DNA of 64,000 nucleotides from Phoronis australis (Eukaryota; Animalia; Phoronida), in contig NMRA01000134.1 in NCBI GenBank assembly GCA_002633005.1, positions 642,045 to 706,044 of the forward strand, in the 5' to 3' direction. Under the pieces are notes generated by a model, which worked only from the letters and a program-made list of their open reading frames with translations, was not told the origin of the DNA and made no database searches. Each line of letters begins with the position of its first letter. Position 1 is the first letter of the stretch. Below are positions 24,801-39,800 of the stretch, in pieces. Both the position numbers and the translations under genes were made by a program.

Positions 24801-27800
24801 GACTGCAACTTTGGACTAGATTGATATCTGGGCTATCCTAGATTTAGAAACTGCTGTTGTGGTGGAGTTGAAACCAGATGAGATTTTTTGTAATGCAGAG
24901 ACCGATGTGGTTGACAAATTCTGACCTGCAGGACTTGTGTGTCTAGGTTCCACCTGTCAATATTAGTACCTTACATAAATTGTCTGTTACAGGGTAGAGT
25001 GTGCGCCCTAGGTTCAGTTGGAACTTTTAAAACACCACAAAACTGCATGAACATTATTCCATGATTGATGCAGATGCACACATGAATGCATTGTTTGCAA
25101 AGTACAACTGACTCAGCAGCTGATGTGGTTCAAAACATAACTTTCACAAATTCTTTTGATGCTAATCAACTTCTACAAATAAACTCCAGTTCAGATGACA
25201 ATTTATTTAAGGAAATTAATCACTCAGTTTTGAAGTCTCTGACTGTGTTTGAAATTGTATAATGTTGCAAGGTCGGCTGTCACACTTTTTCTCATAAACT
25301 CCAATGTCATCTGGGGACCTAGCAGAATTCCAACATCATTTCAACTGGGTTACAACTGTTTATATGCCAGGGTCAGCTAAGGGTACTTGAATACTGGTAC
25401 TTTTGCCAATTTGCAAGTCTATAAATGTTTTATATCCTCTCAGGTACTCTTAAACACTTGATAATACTTTTTGATATCATTGCAGCTGAGGTTGATTATT
25501 TCTCCTGACTTCCTCGATATTTCAAATATTTGTTGGGGGTTTTTAAAATGCCAGTAAAGGTAAGGTTGTTAGTATCCATTGGCTATGGCACATTTATAAA
25601 GTGTCATTAATTTCGGACTAATGGAATAGTAATAATTGCCAACTTCACTATTTTTTTTTCTAACATTTCAAAATCTTTTAAATGCTATGATAGCAGTATT
25701 TACTGTACTCATTCAGGGTAACGCCTATGCTTGGCTTAACGCCTGCCTCTTGAAATTTCTAAATTTTCGTATTTAAATGCCCATGCCCAGCTTACCATCC
25801 ATCCCCAGTTTATACAACCGTGCAAATGACTGGACTATGATTCCAGTTTGGCCTTATATTTGACTGTACGTACATACTGTTATTTTCAATATAAGGCCAG
25901 TTATCATTAGTTGTTGTAGCCGATCAGCCGTGACCAAAATTAATGTATATTATTTTAAAGTAGTGCTTGGCTAAAAGCTCTAGAATATAAAAATATTAAT
26001 GTCTTTGATCACGCCATAAAGCAAACGACGTAGGCTTTAGGGCCATGGCTATATACTGAATTCTGGGTAATACGGTAGTGTGGGCATGGTTTTTACTGAA
26101 GAAGACATGACATGGTTCTTTTAAGTCATTTTGATATCATGGTACTCAATGTACAAACTAGATTGAAAGCACTCACAGGCAGCATGAGGCCACGCGGCTC
26201 ATTATGTACATCATATTTGCACTATACTATGCAAAAAGCTGTCACACTACCGAACTGCTTCATTCTAGACGCTAAGCCCTTACTTCATTGTCTACAAACC
26301 TGATTGGATCTTTTAATGACACTATAGCTCCCTGTTCATTAACCCCAGTGTAACATGAGGTAAGTTCTCGCCCCCCCCCCCTTGGTTCTCAGCATTGTTG
26401 TTTTTAAGTGCCTGTACTCTGGTTTGAAGAATGCCACCCGATTTAATTAGTCTTTTTACGGTCTTAATCGGTCTATATTCACATCACCTTGTATACGGTC
26501 GAGCTTACCTCGCCGAGAGATGTCGCATTAACCTGTGAAGAAGGTGAGAAACAACGCAGCAACGTCAGTGGTTCTTCTGCAGAGTGAGTCCCGCTATGCT
26601 GTTCTGTATTGTTCCTGCTTGGGCGAACTATGAAGCTGCTAGGAAAGCAGGTATATCATATTCATTTTTTCAATTCCCTCGAGAGTCCATAATGCTTCGG
26701 AAGTGGCTAGCGGTAGTGAAGAATGAAAACTACGCCGTTAATACCAAGTATGAGGCCGTGAAACTTCTCCGTGTCTGTCAGTGGCCTGCATTTCGTCCGA
26801 TCAGTTGTTGATCAGTTTTTGATGGAGAATTGTAGTTGGCCATGAAAACATAAACAATTGCAATTACTTCAAGGCGTGAGAACATAACATTTTATATAAC
26901 CTGTTTGATGACTGACTCGTTTGTGAGGCTTCTGTTTGGTCCTCTGGGTGTAGGATATGTTTTCGCCCGTTCTTTTTCTCGGCCTTAAAAACGTCGTAAG
27001 TACACCTCTGTTTAGATGTGGTGCAAAATCAGGATAGTGCATGAGACACATCTGCACTTCTCCAAGAAGGCGTTTCACTTACGGAATTTCGTGGCAACAA
27101 ACGCGTCAGTCATTTCCATTATCTTGCGGTTGCGAGTTGTCACGTTGACGTTTATTATTGTGCGTTCTGTTTCAAAAAGAATTATTCTCACCTTAACCAA
27201 TACTTAAAACTGAAACAAAGTCCGTCTCATTAGATACAATTTGTAATGCCTTGTAGTGTTCATGAGTGCAAATGTTTTGAGAAATCAGCAATGAATAAAT
27301 CACTGCAGTTACCAGCATGCTAATTAAGCGTTTGCTGACAGAAAACTGTTGTGAAACAATAACTCAATTTTATATTATCCTCTGGTCAGATGTTAGGGGA
27401 ATCTTTATTTAGAAATACAAATACATTATTCGAATCATTGTTACTGTACAACTTTTACCCTGATGGTTCTGTGTAAGGGTAACCTGACTTCGCGGCTCCC
27501 GACGAGCTCGTAAGTAGATTTGCAATTTCTCAGCTAATTCCCGAAAATAATCGTGCACATTTTGTCTTTGGCTCATTAGTATAGTCGTTTGGTGACTGGA
27601 AGTTTACTTTCCAACTTTAGCTGGTTTATGTTCGTGATGTTTTCAGTCCAGCCGCGATGGGCCTGATCGGGTTCCAAGCCGCTGGCCGGGATAGCAAGCG
27701 TTTTGTGTGTTTAGAACTGAAAAAAATCGCAAGTCTAAAATTACAACACATAGCTGTGTTCTCCTGTCTGTGTATCACGGACGAATAATGTGAATTTATC

Positions 27801-30800
27801 CCCGAAGAGACCCCAAACTCCCGCGACCGATCTATGGTTTGCCTGTGGGCAGCCAGCAAACATTATTATCATAAAATATTTATTTCATGTTATCATAAAA
27901 TATTTATTTCATGTTAGTTGCATAATTATTCTGAAGTTGGTGAGATATTGCAATATTTGAAGAGCTAATTTTTAAGACTTTGTTTTCAAGCTAACCTTTG
28001 GACCATGTTCAAAGTGTTGCCTTGTTGTAGACAGGAATGGCTGTAAATGCAGTCATTGATATAAACACATGGATTTCGTTTCTGGATCAGCAGGTGGCAA
28101 GTTGTTTTGCAATTGTGTATGTGTTACTGGTTAAAATTTGATTTAAATGTTTTGAAGAGATTTTGATGCTGGTGGGCATACCAGTGTTGAATTTTGCAAT
28201 ACAGTAAATGAATAAAATGTAATATTTCTGAACTTTAATTATGCTCTAGAATTATCAAGGGACCAGGGACCCTACTCACCTGATGGGAGAGGTGCCTGTG
28301 CATCCTGAGAGGAGTTTTTTAGTTGAGGGAAAAATCTCCCCTTCCCCATTTCCTGGTCACCATTAATTCCACTCCCTGTCACCACCAGGCATTGGCAATG
28401 TCTCAAGTAGCCAAAACTAATATTTTGCAAAAATGATTCTAACCTTTAGGGGAATGTTTTTGTCACTGGAGTTTTTGGACCCACTGAGGAATTTCATGTA
28501 ATTTTAAAAATATTTTTCGTGGTGAAGTGGGACCATTATTGGTCTTAAAATTGACTCATCGAGGGCCCCAAAGGACTGAATTCAGTTTTGATCAAAATGT
28601 TTGAACTAGGCCCATATAAAATGCTGACTATGAAGACAAAATATTTGGACACAGTATTTGGTGACTTCGTTGCGACAATGATCTTCAGTTTTGGGCAAAA
28701 TTATGACTACGTTTGTCTTTTTTCAAAAGGTTTTGGCTGTATAGTGTTGCAGAGGCTCAAAGTCTTAACTTGTGTTTATAGATGTTGCAAACCATGCTGA
28801 AAATGAAGAACATGTCAACTTTCTTGGAGTTTGTTGAAAAATTAAAATTAGTTACCTAAATTAATCTTCACTTGTTTACCGCAGTTTGTCCTCAATTGAA
28901 ATGTTCTGTTCATCGTTCGTACTTTGTGATTAGCCCCCATTGCTTCATACAGTTTTCCTTGGTTCACTTACACTACATCACTTTTATGTCTCCTTATTGT
29001 TTCAGTGCACAGAGCGCGTGGCTTGTTGGACAAAGGGAAGGGAGGTAAGTTACTAGTTACTAATTTCTTAATTGTACATAATATTCAGGGCTTGATGCTT
29101 AGCATAACGTTAACTACCCAAATGCAACCAGATTGCCAAACGGAAAGGGTGTGCAAAAGCCCTGGTACCTATAAATGACTCAAAGTNAATTAGTTACCTA
29201 AATTAATCTTCACTTGTTTACCGCAGTTTGTCCTCAATTGAAATGTTCTGTTCATCGTTCGTACTTTGTGATTAGCCCCCATTGCTTCATACAGTTTTCC
29301 TTGGTTCACTTACACTACATCACTTTTATGTCTCCTTATTGTTTCAGTGCACAGAGCGCGTGGCTTGTTGGACAAAGGGAAGGGAGGTAAGTTACTAGTT
29401 ACTAATTTCTTAATTGTACATAATATTCAGGGCTTGATGCTTAGCATAACGTTAACTACCCAAATGCAAAACCCAAAAATGATATAGTGACTAACCGGTG
29501 AACACAGCAAATTGCCGGAGCACCTGAAATCGCCCAGATGGCGGCGTTTTTTTGTTTTTTTTTTGCAAAGGGAAAATTAGGACTGTCTTGTATGCTCAGT
29601 ATTGTACAATTNNNCCCCCCCCCCCCCCCGGCTGTCTTGAGACAATATCTAATGCAGGCTCACATCCTAAGGGAGAAGCAGGCAATCAGCACATACAGTA
29701 ATTCCTGTCCTTGACTCATAAGGTGCAGGCTCTTCAATATATTGCTGAACAATTCATTCCTCCCTCTGTTTATTTTCTGTGGTATTTTCAGTGTGTTCTT
29801 GAATGAGCCTGTGGTGACTTTGTGGCAGCCTGGGATTTTTATCAGGTCACACCAAACATAACCTGAAGTCACACTGACAATCTGCAGGTCGCCAAAACTG
29901 AGCCCTGGCATTTGTTTAGGTTCATGCCTTGGCATTCATTCCCTTGAACACCCTGCACCTTTGCATTACCAGTGTTCAAATGCTGTACTTGTGCAGGTTA
30001 ATACCTATGTCGAGCAGAATGCCCAGCCTCAATTTTTATGACTGAGACTTCCTTAGAAGTACCAATGTCTTTATGAATGCCTGTCTCATCAGAACTTTGT
30101 CTGCCATACGCGCACACCAAACATTCAGTTTCTATTTGAATGGGAAATTATGCACTCTTTAATTAAGGAGTCTTGAAAGGGTTCTTTTGACTCATTCGCA
30201 TTCTCATGTTATTGAACTTCTGTGCAAAAAAATGGTGAAGACTTCCGCACGAGCAAATCGGATATGTGGCCAACCAGGTTTCTCAAGTTTTATGCTCAAC
30301 TTATAAGGTCCACCCGTGATTTTTGAATTCCCAAGTTAAAAAGCCCTGGATGTCAACTGATAGGAGTACAGCTAAACAGTGGTGCCTGGTATGTGATGCT
30401 CATATTCAAATTTCTCAATTAAAATGCCCTGAGAGTTATCCTGGATCAACAGAGCATTGATAGGCTCCTCCTGAAATACCACAGTACTATTCTCATTCTA
30501 AGGTATTTACCCACAATGCAACTCCTATGTCAAGCCCCTGTCCTGCTTTTTCATATGCAGATGTACTAGTCACTATCTCCTTGTTATTTTGTAATTCGTC
30601 ATTATAATTCAGGCTTGTATCATTGCACTTTGAGTAACAATGTTGATTTCAAGGAATGGCAAGCAAATAACAGTGCTGTGTGTGCAATGTATAGGTCTTC
30701 CCTTGTTAGAAATGTCTGACATTTTGAAAAGTAGGTCAGTCATGAGAAAGTGGAGAGCTCATTTCAAGACAGGCTTGTTGCTGTAGACGAAAGTTCAGCT

Positions 30801-33800
30801 AGATGATGGTATGTTTTTACACCTAGTTGATTATTTGTCATGGGACTTGACACTCTGTAGTCATAGTGACAAATTACCTACAGCCCCCTCCCCCTGTATC
30901 TTTTGTGGACATAAACAAAGTTCCCAATTAAAGTACTTTGTCATATGCTTGAACCTTGCATGGCAACCAACAGTCAAAGCTCATGTCCAGATCTTTTGTA
31001 ATGTTTTGGGTGTTCCACGAGAGAAGCCAGGATTGTGTATCTTTTATTGTAAGCCATTTTGTATTGTAATGGAATATGACACCTCTACTGATGACACGTT
31101 TGATACTTGCTAGATATGATGACGTGAGTGCAGAATACCAAAGAGCTTGCAGGGTCTCACTTAAGCTGTCAAATGCGAATGGAATAGACCGAGTGACCAG
31201 CCTGTATTTCTTACGAATTGCAGTATTTATCATTAAATTGAGCTCTTTCATGAACGCAGTTCTTTTCTCCCAAGCTGCTGTTTCTTTGTTGCACTACTTT
31301 CCATACGATACCATTTTTGTTAAGCATAACTGGCCGTTCCTTACACTCTTTGACAGGATGTGTGAGTTCACCAGCATGCTTGCTACGTTTGATGCATGAA
31401 AACTGTGATTTGACGACTTGTCATCAACATCATCACTGAAGGAAAACGTTGAACTGAATTGGATTCTAAGACAGCGAAATTAATTCTGTGTCCTCAGTAA
31501 AGAAATTGAAAATTCATGAAAATAAACTGCCTAAAAATTACGAAGTGCCATAGACAGGGGAGGTCATTTCGGCAGCACACAAATCTTCATCTGGTAATGT
31601 AAGGTGATTTTAATTTTCATCTGAGAAATGGCTCCGTGTTTTGATCAGGTCTCACTGTCTTATCATAGCGAACAGCCTTTAATGTCATTATTCACTGAAT
31701 CAAGCCTTGGATCGAAATAAAAGTTTCCAATTCATGGATATAGAAACGTTTCCACCATTGGGGTTCGTGAGAAAAGAAATGTGTTTTTAAGAGAAGAATT
31801 CTGTGTGTATTCAAAAACGTTGCTGTTAGTAGGAATGCGTTTGGGCTCATGAGGGTGGAAGACTGAGTACTGTGGTATGGCACTCAGTACAGTGTTGTGT
31901 GTTTAAATGTATGAATAATGCAGCATTGTCTATGTCATGTTTTAGGTAATGATGCCTTCGCCACGGTAGGTCTGGGAAAGGAGAAGTTCTCGACTAGTAT
32001 CAAGGAGAAGACAGTGGACCCTCAATGGCATGAGGAGTGTGACTTGTAAGTAGCTTGAGGGTTGGAATATCGTGTGGTGCAGCTGCTAATACTTGTAAGT
32101 AGGTTGAGCACAAGGGCCTGTTCAAAGGAAACTGACTTAACTAAAATAAATCTCAAATTTCAACCAATTTTAAGATAAAACTTAAATTTATCTTAAATAT
32201 GTGTCAAGAAAGAATCTGAAGTTTGACTTTGAGTTTTTTTTACTTAATTTTTGTCTTAGTTTTAACTACCTTACCAGATGTGAAAGTTTGGAAGTTGAGA
32301 CAAATCTTAGACGCGAGTAATAATGAACTTAAGTCAGTTTCTTGGACTGGGGCCCTGGTGTTGGTAACACTTGTAAGTATGCGGAGGACTGGGTTGTAGT
32401 ATGGTGTTAACACTTGTAAGTAGGTCAACCTCTGGTCTTAGTATGGTGCTGGTAACACTTGAAAGTTGGTTGAACGCAAGACTATAGTATGGAGCTGGTA
32501 ACACGTGTAAATTGGTTGAATGCAAGACTGCAGTATGGTGCTGGTAACACTTGTAAGTAGGCTGAGGGATGGATTATTGAATGTTGATGGTAACAGGTGT
32601 TTGTTTCCTCTAATTTGGCGATGGAAATTTTAGAGGTATTATAAGTTTGAGGTCATATCTGACCTGATTTAACTAATGGGAAGCGGGTGATGCCCTTGTT
32701 CAAGGGAAGGTGTCTTTTTTAAATACCCTAAACAGAGCACTCGACTGTCTTCATCTTGAGCTTGGAGGTGGTAATTAGTCTGCATAGTGGCTTAGATTTT
32801 TTCTGGAGAGTTGTAAATAATGGTTGTTTTTCATATGCAATAGGCCTTTTGAAATTGTCATACAAAGTCAGTGAAAGCATTTCTTTGTGAACCCTGCTCT
32901 TAGTCATACAACTGTTGCAGTTGGATTGTGTTGTTGAACTCAGTTTAACTAAGGGTTTATGGTCCTGGCTTAGGAGATAGTTGTTTAATTATACCCTATG
33001 AATTCTGAATTGTCAACCCAGAATGCCAAGTTTCAAGGTGATTATGACTTGTTTCAGTGAAATCCCCAACATGGATGCTGAGATCAAGATTAATGTATAT
33101 CATCGTAACCTGATGGGACTGGATGAGTTCTTAGGCCAGCTACTGATGCCGCTCAGAGATTTTGATATGTATGACACACCCAAGAGCACGTAAGCAACTA
33201 ATAGTTGTCCTGTTCAAATCCAAACTAAGGCTAAATGTGTGAATTCTTTGTAGTGTAAATGTGATCAACATTAAATAAGCCTTACTACAGGCTGTTTTTA
33301 ACACTGTTTTCGTCGCATAGTTTGTGTCCTTCAACTTGAATTGTATTTATCACAATTTGTGACATCAGCAGACCTCGAACTCTCCACAGGTCATCAGATA
33401 CCAGCTTTTCAAAAACCCCTCCACTTGCAGTGATGACATGATAATGGTTGCTGGTTACTCACACAAAACTTAATTTCACGTAGTTGTGTAATTTGGTGGC
33501 TTTAGACATGCATGTTGGCTATATATTGTGACTCTCTAAAGTCCCGTTTAGACATCAACTTTTGGCCCGGCGCAACTGACGCGGAGCAAATTGATCGGTG
33601 TCAAGCGTCCGTTTACACACACAGCTCACTAACTGTGGCAAGATGGAAATTTAAGGCTGGAGAGTGTATCACACATGCGCAGGTTTACAAATAACGGGAG
33701 TTGAAGAGACCATAGATTATGTACTATAGTCTATGAAGAGACAGAGAACATGTATTGAGGTCATTACACAAGTGCAGTAGAGATGATCCTTTCGGCCTTG

Positions 33801-36800
33801 CCCCAGTTTTGCGTTTAGACACATAATTGTCACAGAGCAAGATGTTCTAGGGCAAATTGCTTTACCTAACAAACGGGTGTCAAAAGTTGTCACCGTGGTG
33901 TCAATTTGCTCCAGTTCAGTCCCGTTTACAATCATACTTGCGCTGGAACAACTCGTTCTGTGTCAGCTGATCCTGACTTATGTAGTGTAAACGGCACTTA
34001 ATGTGAATAAGAAGTGTTAATGATCAGGTGGTTACTGTTGTTACTTGTTTATACTTCATGAGTTATTGAGAAGTCTCAGCCATGAACAGCTCCAAAGTCA
34101 GAAAGAGCTATTAAAGTATCAACGTCATTACTGTTAAAATTATTTGGTGGACAAAAATTCTCCAGTTTGAGACTGTGAAAAATTACTTAGTTTGTTCAAG
34201 GTGAGAGCTTGTACCACATTTTAAAAATAGTCAATATTGGCCGTCCCTAATGCAAGAGTGTGATCAATGACAAACAATTATTCACGTTGCTGTTACACAC
34301 TGGGAAGCGTGTAGAAATGTTGCATCAATAGCTTTTATCGTCGATTTTATGAAGTGCAAATTATATTTTCAGATTCTGTTTATACAAGGTATCCGTTATT
34401 TGAGAAATATGATGTCTCGATCTTCAGAATCAAGACAATTCAATTTCAGCTTGAATTTCATTGTTCCAAATTTTAAACACTTCTCATACAGGAGAATTTT
34501 TACTGTTGGAGACCACTCATCAGTTATGGTTATAGAAGTAGTATGGACCATTCATTTCAATCCCACAGGTTGTAAAAGTTATTGTAATCTTAACTAAGCT
34601 CTGTCGTTATCCTAAAATTCATTTCAGCTGGTATCCTCTACGTTCAAAACCTAGCAAGAAAGGTCCTCAAAAGAATCGTGGCGAAGTCGCTGTGAAGGTA
34701 GCCTTCGTCGTACGTAGCAAGAAGTATTACAGTACATCTGACCTGGCCTTGGGGAAAGAGAAGAAACGTGGTATACGCAAGTCCATAACTAACCTGGCTG
34801 AGAAGGCCAGTAAAGTGGGTAGGTCATACACAGGAACCTGACCGTTTCACCATGGTCAGTCTTAATGCTTCAAATCAAAGAGTTACTCACTGTAGCATGT
34901 TCACACAGTTCAATTGGTTGTTCAATTCCAACATATTAAAATACAGTTTTTCTTTTGGTGATAGGTGCACTAACTGGGGTTTCCTTGTCTTGGTATGAGA
35001 CGATCATTGTGATTCGTTATCAGTATTTAACCAATCAGGTTTTCTCATCATCTATTATGATGTCATTGTAGGTGACAAACTTAAACTTCCTGGACGGAAG
35101 GGTTCATTAAAGAGTGGGGGAGGTTCACTTCAACATTTGGATAGGGTAAGTTTACACGTCATTTAGCACTTCCCGAAATAGTCAATAGTTAACTGAGGTA
35201 AGTACATAGTCGCCAGACTGCAGTCGACATATTTCATTGCATGCAGAGTGTAAACAGTGCTCAGTCATGCGTAGTTTTCCAAGTTTGCCAATTTCTTCTC
35301 CATGCCTAGTCTCCAACCCACTGTGCAGCAATCTCTTAGCTGGAATAACTGAATTTCAAAATAGCTGTGCCATATTGAAATTCAGTTTTCCCCCAGACGA
35401 CAATCAGGTCTTGGACTTAAGTGGATAGGCATTAAGCGACACCTATAGTTCCCATGTAATGCGGACTGGAGATTTCAATGAACTGGGATCAACGGGGTTT
35501 TAACACCCTTCCTGCTATTATAATGCCAGAAAATTTTCACTGCAGTGCAGTGGGATGTACTAATGCTTTACGAGAAAAGGCAAACCTGTTGAAATCTCAG
35601 TGGGTGAACAAGGACATTACGTTCCATACATTTCCCACTACGAAGACGAATCCACCACAAAGCCAGTGGCTACGGCTGATAAAGCGGGAGAATTTCAGTT
35701 CCAGTTGGTGTAAAAAGCTAAAGTAAATAAGTGAACTTTACCTATTCAAGCGATGGGGTTGTCTGAAATTTATTCCTCTGTTTGTAAATCAACGAACCAC
35801 TATGTAGTTGTGAATTTCTGTCCACCAAATCTGAGTAGAGGTCAATGGAAAGTCGCTTTTTTGATCTCATTACTGTAGAGAGCCCTGATATGAAACTCCC
35901 CTGTTGGCTAAATATTCTTATGAAGGTTTCTTAAAAATCAGAAAGCAGCAGCAACAGAAAACCAATGAAAAACATGGCTGGCTATTGGTTGTGAAGCATT
36001 ATACTAGGTAAACAACAATTTTGTCAAAGAGCACACATCTCCTGATTTGTGGATATTGCTTGGTGCTTAGTGCACTTTCTTCATTTTGGCACCTTTACAA
36101 TATGAAATCACTGCTTCCCAGGGGGGGGGGGTGTTGCTTGTCAAGAGGAACAAATCTGGAGTGCTAATAAAGCTTTTTAGTAGAATGCATCTGAAACATT
36201 TGCATGTCTTTTGAGATATTGATTGCTGAACCTATTGAGCTTTCAACTCTGTTGGACAGACCTCGTTATGCACAGCACTGTTATGTATTGATGCGCCTCC
36301 TGTTGTATGTTTTCAGGACTACAGCAGCCTGTCTCCAGCCACGCCTTTCCAGAGGAGGAAACTACAGGAGTCATCTCCTGGCTCCGTCCACTCAGCACCA
36401 CTACGCGTGCCATCCAATCCCGTGCAGAGGTCACACAGTGATGCCACTAGGTCAGACTCGGCCAGGTCACGACCCTCGCTGGAAGAGAAAAGTTCTGAGG
36501 ATGATGAAGGTTTGACCTTTTATGGTCAACACTTATGTTTGAAGGGGCAATACATCCATACTTGGTGCCAAATAGCCAACTTCTCATTTAGGCCACTTAC
36601 CATGGTTATGAAACTTGTTTTGTTTTTTACTCAGATCACAATTAATTTCAAGGCTTGAGAAGAATTGTCAGAAGTATTAGAATGCATTCTCAAGTTTGGT
36701 TAAAATGCTTTCTATTAAGCTGAAGAGTGTTTGACACATTGCAATACTGTTTATTCAATACTTAATTTGGAATAATGGGATTGACATTGACTTCCATTTT

Positions 36801-39800
36801 ATTAACTTCCAACTCTGAAGTCTCATTCATGATTTTTAGGCTATATTCTTTTGTATAATGTACCTTGTTCTCTGAGTGCATCACTTTTCTTCTTCAGATC
36901 TGGGATCCAACAATCCATTTGGGTCAAATGTAAGTTCAAGTCCAAAGTCTGATTTCTTGTCAAAGTCACCAGTGCGCGACGATGTGTTCACACAGTCACC
37001 GCCCAAAAGAAGAGCACCTCAACCACCCATCAAAGTAGATTCTACCAATCCGTTTGAGAATGACAACTCCTTTGGCACCCCCTACCGTCGCACAAAGAGT
37101 CCTGCTGGTGGTAGTCCAGACTCGGAGGTCACCAGGCAACCTGCAGACCAGAGCAACGGACAAGGTCATTATGATGTTGTGGATTCAAAATCACCCACAG
37201 AACCTGCCAATCCAAAGCCTGATAGGCAAACAAGCCAAGTCAGTATTTCGTCGGTGAAAAGTGAAGAGGGTGAGCTTAACCAGTCAAATGGAAACGGGGA
37301 GCAAGTGGTGTACAAGTCACGAAAAGAAAAGGACAAGTTGAAAAAATACAAAGAGTGTAAGATAAATTTATTAAAGATGTATTTGCATGCTCCTAACTGT
37401 GCTACTATAAAGCAGGAATTAAGCAATACGAATTTTTACCTTTTCACATTTACAAATTGTCAATGAACACAACTGCACTAAACAAAGTGCAGTTGTGTTC
37501 ATTGACAATTTGTAAATGTGAAAAGAAATATTCTGCGTATAGGTGACTTTTACATTAATGACATGCCTGGCGGGTTCACACAGCACACATCATCCCGTGT
37601 TGTTCCCCAGCAACACATCACCACCCTTCCTGGACACGGTTCAGTGATTTGTGGCGAATCGTTTTCATCACAAAACTTGTTCTTAAAAACATTTGGCAAC
37701 TCTCAACCTACTTCATATTCCCACCGTCGCTATATGTTGTGTTTGTAACTAATTTGGTCAAGCAATAACAGAGTTAAGTAATTAGCCTGAAAGTTGCACT
37801 TTAATGTGTTGATGAACCCCAATTACAATGTTTTGACGAAACCCCAATTACTGTGTTTTGATGGTAATTTTAATTTTCTAAAATCTTAATAGCGCTGTTT
37901 TGCTTAATGGTGATGCAATTTACCAATAATAAAAATAAAAATAAAGATTAACTATGCGTCAGACCAGAACATGATGCAAGAAGTTACCAGTGGCGACAAA
38001 TGGCTACTCTCGTTTTGACGTAGATCCGACAATAAACATTGTCAATCAAAACTTGATCAAGTATCATAAATTAATCTGTGGTGGTAATTAGGGGTTTTCC
38101 ACCTAAGNAGCGATGGGGTTGTCTGAAATTTATTCCTCTGTTTGTAAATTAACGAACCACTATGTAGTTGTGAATTTCTGTCCACCAAATCTGAGTAGAG
38201 GTCAATGGAAAGTCGCTTTTTTGATCTCATTACTGTAGAGAGCCCTGATATGAAACTCCCCTGTTGGCTAAATATTCTTATGAAGGTTTCTTAAAAATCA
38301 GAAAGCAGCAGCAACAGAAAACCAATGAAAAACATGGATGGCTATTGGTTGTGAAGCATTATACTAGTTAAACAACAATTTTGTCAAAGAGAACACATCT
38401 GCCTATTCCTTGGTGCTTAGTGCACTTTCTTCATTTTGGCACCTTTACAATATGAAATCACTGCTTCACAGGGGGGGGGGGTGTTGCTATTCAAGACGAA
38501 CAAATCTGGAGTGCTAATAAAGCTTTTTAGTAGAATGCATCTGAAACATTAGCATGAGATATTGATTGCTGGTGTGAGTCTAATAATTTTCTTGAACCTA
38601 TTGAACTTTCAACTCTGTTGGACAGACCTCGTTTATGAACAGCACTGTTATGTGTTATGTATTGATGCGCCTCCTGTTGTGTTTTCAGGACTACAGCAGC
38701 CTGTCTCCAGCCACGCCTTTCCAGAGGAGGAAACTACAGGAGTCGTCTCCTGGCTCCGTCCACTCAGCACCACTACGCGTGCCATCCAATCCCGTGCAGA
38801 GGTCGCACAGTGATGCCACTAGGTCAGACTCAGCCAGGTCACGACCCTCGCTGGAAGAGAAAAGTTCTGAGGATGATGAAGGTTTGACCTTTTTTGGTCA
38901 ACACTTATGTTTGAAGGGGCAATACATCCATATTTGATGCCAAATAGCCAACTTCTCATTTAGGCCACTTACCATGGTTATGAAACTTGTCTTGTTTTGT
39001 TCTTTACTCAGATCACAATTAATTTCAAGGCTTGAGAAGAACTGTCAGAAGTATTAGAATGCATTCTCAAGTTTGGTTAAAATGCTTTGTATTAAGCTGA
39101 AGAGTGTTTGACATATTGCAATACTGTTTATTCAATACTTAATTTGGAATAATGGGATTGACATTAACTTCCAACTCTGAAGTCTCATTCATGATTTTTA
39201 GGCTATACTGTTTTTGTATAATGTACCTTGTTCCCTGAGTGCATCACTTTTCTTCTTCAGATCTGGGATCCAACAATCCATTTGGGTCAAATGTAAGTTC
39301 AAGTCCAAAGTCTGATTTCTTGTCAAAGTCACCGGTGCGCGACGATGTGTTCACACAGTCACCGCCCAAAAGAAGAGCACCTCAACCACCCATCAAAGTA
39401 GATTCTACCAATCCGTTTGAGAATGACAACTCCTTCGGCACTCCCTACCGTCGCACAAAGAGTCCTGCTGGTGGCAGTCCAGACTCGGAGGTCACCAGAC
39501 AACCTGCAGACCAGAGCAACGGACAAGGCCATTATGATGTTGTGGATTCAAAATCACCCACAGAACCTGCCAATCCAAAGCCTGATAGGCAAACAAGCCA
39601 AGTCAGTATTTCGTCGGTGAAAAGTGAAGAGGGTGAGCTTAACCAGTCAAATGGAAATGGGGAACAAGTGGTGTACAAATCACGAAAAGAAAAGGACAAG
39701 TTGAAAAAATACAAAGAGTGTAAGATGAATTTATTAAAGATGTATTTGCATGCTCCTAACTGTGCTAGTATAAAGCAGGAATTAAACAACAATACGAATT

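Noticed and set aside
20280-26365. Isolated splice-like signals in FIP intron 1 (acceptors ~20296 and ~23207; donors ~22580 and ~26360)
   Set aside because: Exons 1 and 2 already join into a continuous C2 strand, and no convincing extra exon could be paired.
30811-31399. Three overlapping ~100-aa ORFs
   Set aside because: Intronic, with no motifs; consistent with chance.
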